This document shows positions 1-7,738 of a stretch of 44,111 nt of DNA, in pieces (positions within the stretch are counted from its first letter, which is position 1; every line of letters begins with the position of its first letter). The notes beneath the pieces were generated by a model. The model saw only the letters and a program-made list of their open reading frames with translations. It had not been told where the DNA came from and made no database searches. Made by a program: the position numbers and the translations under genes. Source of the stretch: an uncultured Spirochaetales bacterium (lineage in GTDB: Bacteria; Spirochaetota; Spirochaetia; CAZWAS01); NCBI GenBank assembly GCA_964631915.1, contig CAZWAS010000016.1, positions 1-44,111 of the forward strand, written 5' to 3'.

Positions 1-30
1 GAGCACACGTGACTGGAGTTCACGTGTGCT
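1..30. other. Adapter-derived foldback at the contig end (Illumina TruSeq-like); not genomic sequence
   Basis: nt 1-30 read GAGCACACGTGACTGGAGTTCACGTGTGCT. The reverse complement reads AGCACACGT-GAACTCCAGTCAC, which is the TruSeq core AGCACACGTCTGAACTCCAGTCAC minus CT. It is followed by GTGTGCTC, an inverted copy of its own start, so the 30-mer is a near-palindrome. Confidence 0.75.
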
Positions 31-31
31 A

Positions 32-898
32 GCAGTGGCAGCAGGTATGATCATGCGAAAAGATGACTGGCTTGTCCCCGCTTTCCGCGAGCTCGCTGCG
101 TGGCTCGCCAAAGGCGCGACCATGAAAGATGTATTCCTCTATTTCCGGGGGAACGAAGATGCATCCCGATTTCCAGGAGCGCAGAATATGCTTCCCATTT
201 CGGTGCCTATTGCGTCGCAGATTCCCCACGCTGTGGGCATTGGATTCGCAGTAGCGCACAGGAAGGAAGACAAAGTAGTGTTCACGTTCGTAGGGGAAGG
301 GGGAACCTCCCAGGGGGATTTTCACGAAGGGCTTAATTACGCAGGAGTATGGAAAGTGCCACTTGTGTGCATCATCCAGAACAACCAGTTCGCCATATCA
401 GTCCCTGTTGCCGGTCAATCCGCTTCGAAAAGCTTTGCGATCAAGGCTGTTGCATATGGCATTCGAGGTATACGGGTCGATGGGAACGATTTTTGGGCCA
501 TGTACGATGTGCTCGAAGAAGCTGCGCAGTATGCGCGAAGCGGCAACGGCCCTGTGCTCGTGGAAGCGATCACGTTCAGAAAAGGGGCGCATACCACGTC
601 CGACGATCCTTCGAAGTATCGAACAAAGGAAGAAGAGGAAGCGTGGGAGGTTCGAGATCCTGTAAAGCGGCTCAGGCTCTATCTCGAATCCAAAGGGCTG
701 TGGAACGAAGAACAGGAAAAAACGCTCATCGAAGAATTCGAGAAAGACATAGACAGGCAGTTTTTGGAAGCGGAATCATATGGTCCGTATAGGCTCGAAG
801 ATGTGTTCAAGCATATGTATGCGGACATGCCCCAGGATCTCGAGGAACAGAAGCTTGAATATGAGAAGTTTCTCCGCTGGAAAGAGGCCCGCACATGA
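32..898 (+). CDS. 2-oxoacid dehydrogenase E1 component, alpha subunit (PDH/BCKDH/acetoin-DH type), 5'-truncated at the contig edge
   Basis: Same frame as track ORF 26..898. It has the ThDP block VGEGGTSQGDFHEGLNYAGVWKVPLVCIIQNNQFAIS. The N-terminus is missing, and the track start at nt 26 lies inside adapter sequence. The stop overlaps the next start (ATGA). Confidence 0.85.
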   Translation, partial: AVAAGMIMRKDDWLVPAFRELAAWLAKGATMKDVFLYFRGNEDASRFPGAQNMLPISVPIASQIPHAVGIGFAVAHRKEDKVVFTFVGEGGTSQGDFHEGLNYAGVWKVPLVCIIQNNQFAISVPVAGQSASKSFAIKAVAYGIRGIRVDGNDFWAMYDVLEEAAQYARSGNGPVLVEAITFRKGAHTTSDDPSKYRTKEEEEAWEVRDPVKRLRLYLESKGLWNEEQEKTLIEEFEKDIDRQFLEAESYGPYRLEDVFKHMYADMPQDLEEQKLEYEKFLRWKEART

Positions 899-1872
899 CC
901 GTGATGACAATGGTGCAGGCGATCAATAATGCTCTCGAATTATCCCTCGAAGCCGATGAACGGGTAGTTGTGTTCGGAGAGGATGTGGGCAAGGAGGGAG
1001 GCGTGTTCCGCGTGACGGAAAATCTCCAGAAAAGGTTCGGAGAGGATAGGGTGTTCGATACTCCTCTCGCGGAATCGGCTATTGTGGGGACGGCTCTCGG
1101 CATGGGCGTCGCAGGGCTCAGACCCATTGTGGAGCTTCAGTTCTGCGGCTTTGTATATCCCGCATTCAATCAGATCATCTCGCACGTTGCGCGGTATAGG
1201 AATAGGACTAGGGGACGGTATTCGGTTCCCATGGTCATCCGCTTTCCCTACGGAGGCGGCATCAATGCGCTCGAACACCATTCTGAGAGCATGGAGGCGC
1301 TTTATGCCCACATTCCCGGCATCAAAGTCGTTATCCCCTCCACGCCGCACGATGCAAAAGGACTTCTCCTGAGCGCCGTGGCTTCGGATGATCCTGTGCT
1401 CTTCATGGAGCCGAAACGCATTTATCGGGCCATAAAACAGGAAGTGCCCGAAGAAGCGTTCACCATTCCGCTGGGAAAAGCGAAGGTGTTGCAGCAGGGA
1501 ACCGATGTAACAGTAATCGCCTACGGTGCAATGGTCAGGGAGGTGCAGAAGGCCTCCGCCATGGCGAAACAGGAAAACATATCTGTGGAAATCATCGACC
1601 TGCGCACCATATACCCTCTCGATAAGGAAACCATAGCGCAGTCGGTGAGAAAAACCGGAAGACTCCTCGTCGTGACCGAGGAACCGAAAAGCTTCGGCAC
1701 TGCAGCTGAGATCATAGCCGTTGCGAACGAAGAGGCGTTTCTTTCCCTGGAGGCACCGCCGAAGAGACTTGCAGGTTTCGACACCATCGTCCCTCTCCCA
1801 CAAGGGGAACATTTCTATATCCAGGATCCGCTTCGTATTTTTTTCGAGATCCGCAATCTCGTTTCGTATTAA
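895..1872 (+). CDS. 2-oxoacid dehydrogenase E1 component, beta subunit
   Basis: 325 aa with a transketolase-like pyrimidine-binding and C-terminal domain pattern (VFGEDVGKEGGVFRVT, DTPLAESAIVG, FMEPKRIYR). It is translationally coupled to E1 alpha. Confidence 0.9.
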   Translation: MTVMTMVQAINNALELSLEADERVVVFGEDVGKEGGVFRVTENLQKRFGEDRVFDTPLAESAIVGTALGMGVAGLRPIVELQFCGFVYPAFNQIISHVARYRNRTRGRYSVPMVIRFPYGGGINALEHHSESMEALYAHIPGIKVVIPSTPHDAKGLLLSAVASDDPVLFMEPKRIYRAIKQEVPEEAFTIPLGKAKVLQQGTDVTVIAYGAMVREVQKASAMAKQENISVEIIDLRTIYPLDKETIAQSVRKTGRLLVVTEEPKSFGTAAEIIAVANEEAFLSLEAPPKRLAGFDTIVPLPQGEHFYIQDPLRIFFEIRNLVSY

Positions 1873-1882
1873 AGGAGCCGAC

Positions 1883-3184
1883 ATGAGGTATGTGTTTGCA
1901 TTTCCGGATATCGGCGAAGGGATAAGCGAAGGGAAGCTGTTCGAATGGTATGTGCAGAAAGGCCATGCAGTGAAGACCGGCACGCCGCTCGTCCGTATCG
2001 AGACGGATAAAGTGGTGACCGATATTCCTTCTCCGAAAGAGGGGACGGTGGTGGCGGTGTTCGGAAAGCCGGGAGAAACGATTCGGGTCGGGGACCCTCT
2101 CGTGGAGCTCGACATCCATGACGTGAGCGGCAAGGACGCGCAGGACATTGCACATGAAAAACCGATCGTCAAGACCGAAGAACCCGTGGGAGAAAAGAGT
2201 TTCGGCGTTGTCGGAACCATCGAGGTCGCTGGAAATGCGGCGTACCTTCCTCCAAGCGAAGAAGGGCTTGCCCGGAGGAATCAAGAAGAGAAAAGCGCGA
2301 AAAAAAAGGCACTTGCTACTCCTGTTGCACGCGTTATGGCGAAAGAGCTCGGCGTAGACATCGACCTGGTCCAGGGGACAGGTCCTGCGGGCAGAGTTAC
2401 AAAGGCAGACATACAGGCTTTCCGCGAAAAGAGCAGGAACGCTCAGGCAGGAGCCGAGGTATCGCATATGCTCGAGGAACCGAGGCTCGTGTTCGAACCT
2501 CTGTCCACTGTGCGCAAGGCAATAGCCCGAAACATGACGGTTTCGAAGCAGAATGCCGTACACATGACCGTACATGACGAAGTGGAGATCTCTCCCCTTA
2601 TCGCTGTGCGCGAACGGTTCAAAGCCTCCTATGCGGAGCGAGGCATCAAACTCACCTACCTCGCTTTTATTGTCAAGGCTACGGCCCTGGCCCTCAAACA
2701 GCATCGGGCATTGAATGCCGAGATCGATATTCCGAACAGCCGCATGGTGTACAAGAACTATGTCAACATCGGCATTGCCGTGGATACGGAGGCGGGCCTT
2801 CTTGTTCCCGTTATCCGGGGCGCGGATTCCCTGTCCATCCGCAGCATAGCCGAAGCCATAGAGTCGCTGAGCGCGAAAGCGAAAGAACGGAAGCTTTCTC
2901 AGGACGACATGAAGGATGGGACTTTCACCATAACGAACTACGGAGCGGTCGGAGGAATATTTGCTGTTCCTGTTATCAATTTCCCGCAGGCGGCCATACT
3001 CGGTGTCGGAAGAATACAGAAAAAACCGGTGGTGGCAGGCGATTCGATAGCAGTGGGAAATGTCTTGCCCTTATCGCTCAGCGTGGATCACAGGATTGTG
3101 GATGGAGCTGAAGCCACTAGATTTTTGAACGAAGTGCAGGGGTATATCGCAGACCCTGTTTCCCTGTTCATGGAAATGGCATAG
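1883..3184 (+). CDS. Dihydrolipoamide acyltransferase (E2)
   Basis: Start taken at ATG 1883 (AAAGGAG upstream) rather than track start 1721, which overlaps E1 beta. It has a lipoyl domain with ETDK, a subunit-binding domain (ATPVARVMAKELGVD) and the catalytic motif DHRIVDG. Confidence 0.9.
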   Translation: MRYVFAFPDIGEGISEGKLFEWYVQKGHAVKTGTPLVRIETDKVVTDIPSPKEGTVVAVFGKPGETIRVGDPLVELDIHDVSGKDAQDIAHEKPIVKTEEPVGEKSFGVVGTIEVAGNAAYLPPSEEGLARRNQEEKSAKKKALATPVARVMAKELGVDIDLVQGTGPAGRVTKADIQAFREKSRNAQAGAEVSHMLEEPRLVFEPLSTVRKAIARNMTVSKQNAVHMTVHDEVEISPLIAVRERFKASYAERGIKLTYLAFIVKATALALKQHRALNAEIDIPNSRMVYKNYVNIGIAVDTEAGLLVPVIRGADSLSIRSIAEAIESLSAKAKERKLSQDDMKDGTFTITNYGAVGGIFAVPVINFPQAAILGVGRIQKKPVVAGDSIAVGNVLPLSLSVDHRIVDGAEATRFLNEVQGYIADPVSLFMEMA

Positions 3185-3194
3185 GGGGTGTAGT

Positions 3195-4556
3195 ATGTAT
3201 GATCTTCTCATCATAGGAGCAGGGCCAGCAGGGTATGTGGCAGGCATCCGCGCCGGCCAACTCGGTATGAAAACCGCTCTCATCGAAAAAGAGCACATAG
3301 GCGGCATGTGCGTGAATTGGGGCTGCGTTCCTCTCAAGGCGCTCATGCACAGCACCGACGTGCTCAGAACCGTCAGATCCGCAGCAGGAATCGGCATAGG
3401 GGGCATAGATGTTGATCGCCTCTGCTATGTGTGGAAGGATGCCGCACGCAGGGTGCAATCTGTTATCGCAGCAGTGACGTCGGGCATACATGAGCAACTG
3501 TTCAGGAACAGCGTGGAGCTCGTTCAAGGAGAGGCTCGAATTCTATCCGAGCATTCCGTGAGCGTTTCGAACAGAACGCTCGAGGCTTCATTCATGCTCA
3601 TCGCAACAGGTTCGATGCCCGGGAAGCTCCGGTTTCCGCTCCCCGAAGCGAAAACAGTTAGTCTGAATCGGCTGCTCTCACTCGAGACGCTCCCCGATCC
3701 TGCCGTTGTATACGGCAGTGGTCCGGTCGCAGTGGAACTGGCCCAATTCCTCGCAGGAACGGGGAATGAGGTGATCCTTCTGAGCGATGGAAAGCCCTTG
3801 TTGGCGAGTGCCGACGGGGCGATTTCCGCTTTCATGGAGAAGCGACTGAAGCAGGACGGCATACGCATACTGCAAGCGCAAGACAATATCGGGTTCAGGG
3901 ATGATCGGCTCATGGTGGCAGGAGAAGCGATCCTCTTCGACCGGCTGATACCGTGCGGCGCGAGGGAGGCTGTGCTGCCACCTTCGAATATCCCTTTCGA
4001 TACGGAAAACGGAGCTCTCGCTGTGAATGAATACCTGCAGACGAACTATGCGAATATCTATGCTGCAGGAGATGCAACAGGACGCAGTTTCCTCGCACAT
4101 GCCGCCTCGGCCCAGGGACTCTACACTGTGAATCGCATGAAGGGATTCAAGGAGCCCTATGTTTCGCAGAGCCAGCAACTCAATATGTACACGTATCCGG
4201 AGGTAGCCCAGATCGGGCTTACGGAGGAAAGTGTTGAGCAAGCCGGTTTTGAGTATGCGGTTGAAACGCTCCCCCTTGCCTCCAATGCGAAAGCGCTCAT
4301 AGAAGGGGACACCGAGGGATTCGTGCGTATCCTTTATGAGAAGCGCTTTGGAGAAGTGCTCGGCGTCCAGATCGTCGGCCTCCATGCCACGGATCTGATC
4401 GCAGAAGCGTCTGCAATTATGCAGGCCGAAGGAACTATTTACGATATAGCAAAGATAGTTCACGCCCATCCCACGGTTTCTGAAGTGTTCATGGGAGTCG
4501 GTTTCGGTGTAAAGGCGAAATCTCTGGATTTCTCGGAGAATCGAAAGGATTTCTAA
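3195..4556 (+). CDS. lpdA: Dihydrolipoyl dehydrogenase (E3)
   Basis: FAD motif IIGAGPAGY, redox disulfide CVNWGCVPLK and C-terminal HAHPTVSE. Confidence 0.9.
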   Translation: MYDLLIIGAGPAGYVAGIRAGQLGMKTALIEKEHIGGMCVNWGCVPLKALMHSTDVLRTVRSAAGIGIGGIDVDRLCYVWKDAARRVQSVIAAVTSGIHEQLFRNSVELVQGEARILSEHSVSVSNRTLEASFMLIATGSMPGKLRFPLPEAKTVSLNRLLSLETLPDPAVVYGSGPVAVELAQFLAGTGNEVILLSDGKPLLASADGAISAFMEKRLKQDGIRILQAQDNIGFRDDRLMVAGEAILFDRLIPCGAREAVLPPSNIPFDTENGALAVNEYLQTNYANIYAAGDATGRSFLAHAASAQGLYTVNRMKGFKEPYVSQSQQLNMYTYPEVAQIGLTEESVEQAGFEYAVETLPLASNAKALIEGDTEGFVRILYEKRFGEVLGVQIVGLHATDLIAEASAIMQAEGTIYDIAKIVHAHPTVSEVFMGVGFGVKAKSLDFSENRKDF

Positions 4557-4605
4557 AATAGTCCGCTGTTGGCGCCGATGTTTGTAAGGAGCAGAGGGAG
4601 GCGCT

Positions 4606-4824
4606 ATGATACAGTACAAAGTGAAGGAAGGGTCGGGAGTCGATACCTACCTAGAAATCGTCAAAGAATACGAAGACGGCTTCGATGTTCTCATAATCTC
4701 GGTGTGTGATAATTACAAGAAAGAAACGACGGAATACATGAGCCGCAAGCTCCTCGAAACCTGCCTGAGGACAGGATATCTCCAAAAGCTCGACGATCTG
4801 TCCGCAGCGCTCATCAGTGCATGA
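4606..4824 (+). CDS. Hypothetical small protein (72 aa)
   Basis: GAGGGAGG RBS 4 nt before the ATG. The residue composition looks protein-like. No motif recognised. Confidence 0.5.
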   Translation: MIQYKVKEGSGVDTYLEIVKEYEDGFDVLIISVCDNYKKETTEYMSRKLLETCLRTGYLQKLDDLSAALISA

Positions 4825-4829
4825 GAAGG

Positions 4830-4855
4830 CTCCTCCGAAAGTCTTCTCGGAGGAG
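4830..4855 (+). terminator. Hairpin after the dehydrogenase operon (weak terminator candidate)
   Basis: CTCCTCCGA-aagtcttc-TCGGAGGAG gives a 9-bp stem. T-runs appear only about 20 nt further on, so this is not a textbook intrinsic terminator. Confidence 0.3.
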
Positions 4856-5102
4856 AACCGCTTGCGCATTTTTTCGAGTTTTTTGTCGGGCATTTCCCCG
4901 GCAAACACGGCATGTGCACGGCTCTCTCGCCATGAATGAATTCGCCATCGCCTCTCTTCTCTGTGGGGAGGGCGATTCCCTATGGTATACTTCATATACT
5001 TTTTTGAATTCCCTGCGAACCTCTGTTTCGGCCACCTTGTGTTATTTCATGCATAGGAATCGATCGGTGATTCGGATCTGACAGAGGATGGCCTCTTTTG
5101 TG

Positions 5103-5131
5103 TTGACACAAGTCGAAAAAAGCATTATTAT
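5103..5131 (+). promoter_or_regulatory. Sigma70-type promoter of the marR cluster
   Basis: TTGACA (5103-5108), 17-nt spacer, TATTAT (5126-5131). Confidence 0.5.
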
Positions 5132-5160
5132 TGCTATTAACAAATATTGCTAATAGCAAT
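5131..5160 (+). promoter_or_regulatory. Inverted-repeat operator candidate (MarR box) between the -10 and the marR start
   Basis: TTGCTATTA (5131-5139) and TAATAGCAA (5151-5159) are reverse complements. The nested 7-1-7 palindrome ATTGCTA-A-TAGCAAT lies at 5146-5160. Confidence 0.4.
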
Positions 5161-5163
5161 TAA

Positions 5164-5586
5164 ATGCGGAGCACCATGCGCATAAGTCTTATAGAAAGCA
5201 TACTCACCCTGAAAAGCAAATGTACGTTCGAAGAGGATATTGCTTCCAGATACGATCTCACGCCGAGGGAAGCCGCTTGCATCCACGAGCTTGGGAGATA
5301 TCCGGGCCTCACACCGTGCGAACTCTCGAAACATATGGCCCTTTCTCCTTCCAGGGGAAGTCGGATCATCGGTACGCTGCTGGAAAAAGGGTACATCGTG
5401 AGCGAACCTGTACCGGGCGACAGGAGAAGCGTGGTGCTTTCGCTTTCGCTGAAAGGGGATGCGTGCTACAAAGCGCTGGAAAAGGAGCGAGCTCTGTGCG
5501 AAAAAAAACTCAGGGACAAACTGACGGAAGAGCAGGCTCATTCCATACAGACGAGCATAGACACGCTCATCTCTCTCATCGAATAA
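5164..5586 (+). CDS. MarR-family transcriptional regulator
   Basis: 140 aa with a winged-helix pattern (LTPREAACIHEL...LTPCELSKHMALSPSRGSRIIGTLLEKGYI...PGDRRSVVLSLSLKG). An alternative start is ATG 5176 (GGAG upstream). Confidence 0.8.
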   Translation: MRSTMRISLIESILTLKSKCTFEEDIASRYDLTPREAACIHELGRYPGLTPCELSKHMALSPSRGSRIIGTLLEKGYIVSEPVPGDRRSVVLSLSLKGDACYKALEKERALCEKKLRDKLTEEQAHSIQTSIDTLISLIE

Positions 5587-5605
5587 CGCCAGAAAGGAGC
5601 TTGGT

Positions 5606-6259
5606 ATGAAAGAAATCACTGAAGCGGTCAACGCACGGTATTCCACTTTATCCGAATCATCGTGCTGCCTTTCCTGCGGAGGAGCCTCTGCGCTGAGCGC
5701 TCCGAAGGAAGGAGAGATCTGCGTGGATCTTGGGAGCGGCAGGGGAACGGATGTGATCCGGCTCGCGGATAAAGTAGGGGAGACAGGGTTCGTGATCGGC
5801 ATAGACGTGACCGACAGTATGCTGGAAAAAGCTCGACAGACTGCGCTGAAAATGGGAGTAAAGAATGTCGAGTTCCGCAAAGGCGAACTGGAGCAGCTTC
5901 CTGTCGAAGATGGAGTTGCGGATCTGGTTGTTTCGAATTGCACGATAAACCATGCTGTCGATAAAAAGGCTGTGTGGAAAGAGATTTTCCGGATTCTGAA
6001 AAAAGGCGGCAGGTTCGTGGTAAGCGACATCTATTCTCTCGAAAAGGTGCCGGAAGCATATGCGAACGATCCTGCAGCGGTCGCCGAATGCTGGGCAGGA
6101 GCGGTGGAAAAGGATGAATACCTCGCTACAGTACAGGATGCTGGATTCATAGGAATCGCAATCCTCGAAGAAAGCGCTCCGTATGAAAAGGGCGCCATTC
6201 GGGTTGCGAGTTTCACGATAAGCGGGAAAAAGGCGGCGGTTTGCTGCTGTTCACATTGA
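5606..6259 (+). CDS. Class I SAM-dependent methyltransferase, compact ArsM (arsenite methyltransferase)-like
   Basis: SAM motif VDLGSGRGTD. The cysteine layout matches ArsM (SSCCLSCGG upstream of the SAM motif, SNCTINH, ECWAGAVEKDEYL) and there is a C-terminal CCC tail. RBS AAAGGAG. Confidence 0.6.
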   Translation: MKEITEAVNARYSTLSESSCCLSCGGASALSAPKEGEICVDLGSGRGTDVIRLADKVGETGFVIGIDVTDSMLEKARQTALKMGVKNVEFRKGELEQLPVEDGVADLVVSNCTINHAVDKKAVWKEIFRILKKGGRFVVSDIYSLEKVPEAYANDPAAVAECWAGAVEKDEYLATVQDAGFIGIAILEESAPYEKGAIRVASFTISGKKAAVCCCSH

Positions 6260-6276
6260 GCCTAAGGAGGCGATAC

Positions 6277-6372
6277 ATGAAATCCCTCATCAGGAAAAAG
6301 TCGGTCATGGCGCAGAACACGGCCCAGTGCTGTGCGAAAACCTCGATCATCGTTGCAGGGTGCCACGACTGA
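6277..6372 (+). CDS. Unannotated 31-aa Cys-containing peptide (candidate RiPP precursor): MKSLIRKKSVMAQNTAQCCAKTSIIVAGCHD
   Basis: Below the ORF-track size cut-off. A perfect AAGGAGG sits 6 nt before ATG 6277. It lies 17 nt after the methyltransferase stop and is followed by a hairpin and then the rSAM/SPASM gene. Confidence 0.6.
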   Translation: MKSLIRKKSVMAQNTAQCCAKTSIIVAGCHD

Positions 6373-6380
6373 ACCTTTTC

Positions 6381-6410
6381 GCGCTGCGGTTCGGCCGCAG
6401 CGCGTTTTTT
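6381..6410 (+). terminator. Intrinsic terminator / attenuator hairpin between the peptide gene and the rSAM gene
   Basis: GCGCTGCGG-ttcgg-CCGCAGCGC (9-bp GC-rich stem) followed by G + T6. The RBS and ATG of the next gene start 11 nt later, with no room for a promoter. Confidence 0.7.
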
Positions 6411-6421
6411 AAAGAGGAGCT

Positions 6422-7738
6422 ATGCGTTTTTCCAAACACAACATACTAGGCAGGATCAAAGATTCGGGGTCGTATTTCATAGTCAATTGCCTGTCCGGCA
6501 ATGCGGATATCCTCACAGCGGAGAAGTATGAGGAAATTCTGAGCGGGAAATTGACGGACCTGGAAGAGTATGAAACCAAAGGTTATCTTATGGATGAGAA
6601 GGAGGAGGAAAGGCTGTACAGAAAGGCCTATGTGGATTTTCTCGATGCGCGCGAGCGGGATGAAGTGCAGCTTTTTTTTGTTCCGACGTACGATTGCAAT
6701 TTTGCCTGTGCGTACTGCTACCAATCCGCGTACGGGAACAAGCGGTCGGAGTGGAGTACAGAAGTAGCGGATGCATTTTTCGCTTACATCGAAGACGCAT
6801 TCTACGGGCGCAAGAGTTACATAACGCTGTTCGGCGGAGAACCGTTGCTGCCGGGAGAAATAAATAAGAAATATATAGAATATTTTTTGTTCGAGGCTGA
6901 GAAAAGAAGGCAACGGGTCGCCATAGTGACCAATGGCTATACTCTTTCCGAATTCAGTGGGATTCTTGATCCTAAGACTGTTAAAGAAATCCAAGTCACG
7001 CTCGACGGAACAAACGATACGCATAACGCACGAAGATTCTTGAAAGGAGGAGGTCCTACGTTTGATAAAATCGTGCAGGGTATCGACGATATGCTCGAAA
7101 AAGGAATACCGGTCAATCTCAGGGTTGTGCTCGACAAATCGAATATCGACGGCCTTCCGGAGCTTGCAAGGTTCGCAATACGAAAAAAGTGGACGGAAAA
7201 TTCTCATTTTAAGACCCAGCTTGGAAGAAATTACGAGCTTCATTTTTGCCAGAAAAACCCGGATGCGCTGTACGGCAGATTGGAACTGTATAAGGATGTT
7301 TACCTCCTCGTTCTGAAACATCCCGAGATACTCGAATTCCACCGACCTGCTTATTCCGTTTCGAAATTCCTTTTCGATAACGGCAGGTTGCCTGATCCTC
7401 TCTTCGATTCGTGCCCAGGTTGCAAGACCGAATGGGCCTTCGATTATACGGGGGCTATTTACTCCTGTACCGCGACTGTGGGTAAAACCGAAGAGCGGCT
7501 CGGCACATTTTTTCCAGCCGTGGAGCTGAAGGAAGATGCCGTACGAGAATGGCAGAATAGAGATGTCCTATCTATCCGGGAATGCAAAGACTGCCGGCTC
7601 GCGCTCGCCTGCGGGGGAGGATGTGCCGCTGTCGCGAAAAACAAAACAGGCGCCTTGAATTCGCCTGACTGCAGACCGGTACAAGAATTGCTTGAAATGG
7701 GAATATCCCTGTATTACGGGAAAGGAGAATACGTATGA
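6422..7738 (+). CDS. Radical SAM / SPASM-domain peptide-modifying enzyme with an N-terminal (RRE-like) extension
   Basis: CxxxCxxC at C92/C96/C99 (YDCNFACAYC). C-terminal SPASM signature: CPGC...GAIYSC and CKDCRLALACGGGC (Cx2Cx5Cx3C). About 90 aa precede the rSAM motif. Confidence 0.85.
   Translation: MRFSKHNILGRIKDSGSYFIVNCLSGNADILTAEKYEEILSGKLTDLEEYETKGYLMDEKEEERLYRKAYVDFLDARERDEVQLFFVPTYDCNFACAYCYQSAYGNKRSEWSTEVADAFFAYIEDAFYGRKSYITLFGGEPLLPGEINKKYIEYFLFEAEKRRQRVAIVTNGYTLSEFSGILDPKTVKEIQVTLDGTNDTHNARRFLKGGGPTFDKIVQGIDDMLEKGIPVNLRVVLDKSNIDGLPELARFAIRKKWTENSHFKTQLGRNYELHFCQKNPDALYGRLELYKDVYLLVLKHPEILEFHRPAYSVSKFLFDNGRLPDPLFDSCPGCKTEWAFDYTGAIYSCTATVGKTEERLGTFFPAVELKEDAVREWQNRDVLSIRECKDCRLALACGGGCAAVAKNKTGALNSPDCRPVQELLEMGISLYYGKGEYV

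Noticed and set aside
293-301. GEG instead of GDG in the E1 alpha ThDP motif as a possible inactivating change
   Set aside because: As far as I recall, GEG occurs naturally in BCKDH-type E1 alpha subunits, and the rest of the motif (…NN) is intact.
1721-1882. Extended track starts (1721, 9258, 9545, 13471, 20595, 34186, 39734, 42475)
   Set aside because: Each extension overlaps the preceding gene or a promoter and lacks an SD. Downstream in-frame starts have good RBSs and match the expected family N-termini.
940-2704. Minus-strand ORFs 940..2220 (426 aa) and 1712..2704 (330 aa)
   Set aside because: They are antisense shadows of the E1 beta and E2 genes, with low-complexity composition and no RBS context.
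6257-6265. The methyltransferase C-terminus as ...CCCSH-U-A (TGA GCC TAA)
   Set aside because: No convincing downstream stem (only 4 bp found), and cysteine-rich tails ending at a normal stop are common in ArsM-like proteins.
6370-6410. Reading the peptide's TGA stop as selenocysteine and the 6381-6403 hairpin as a SECIS element
   Set aside because: The hairpin is followed by a T6 tract, which is terminator-like. Read-through would add more than 50 residues overlapping the rSAM gene in another frame, with no peptide-like features. It remains worth a glance only because the organism does decode UGA as Sec.
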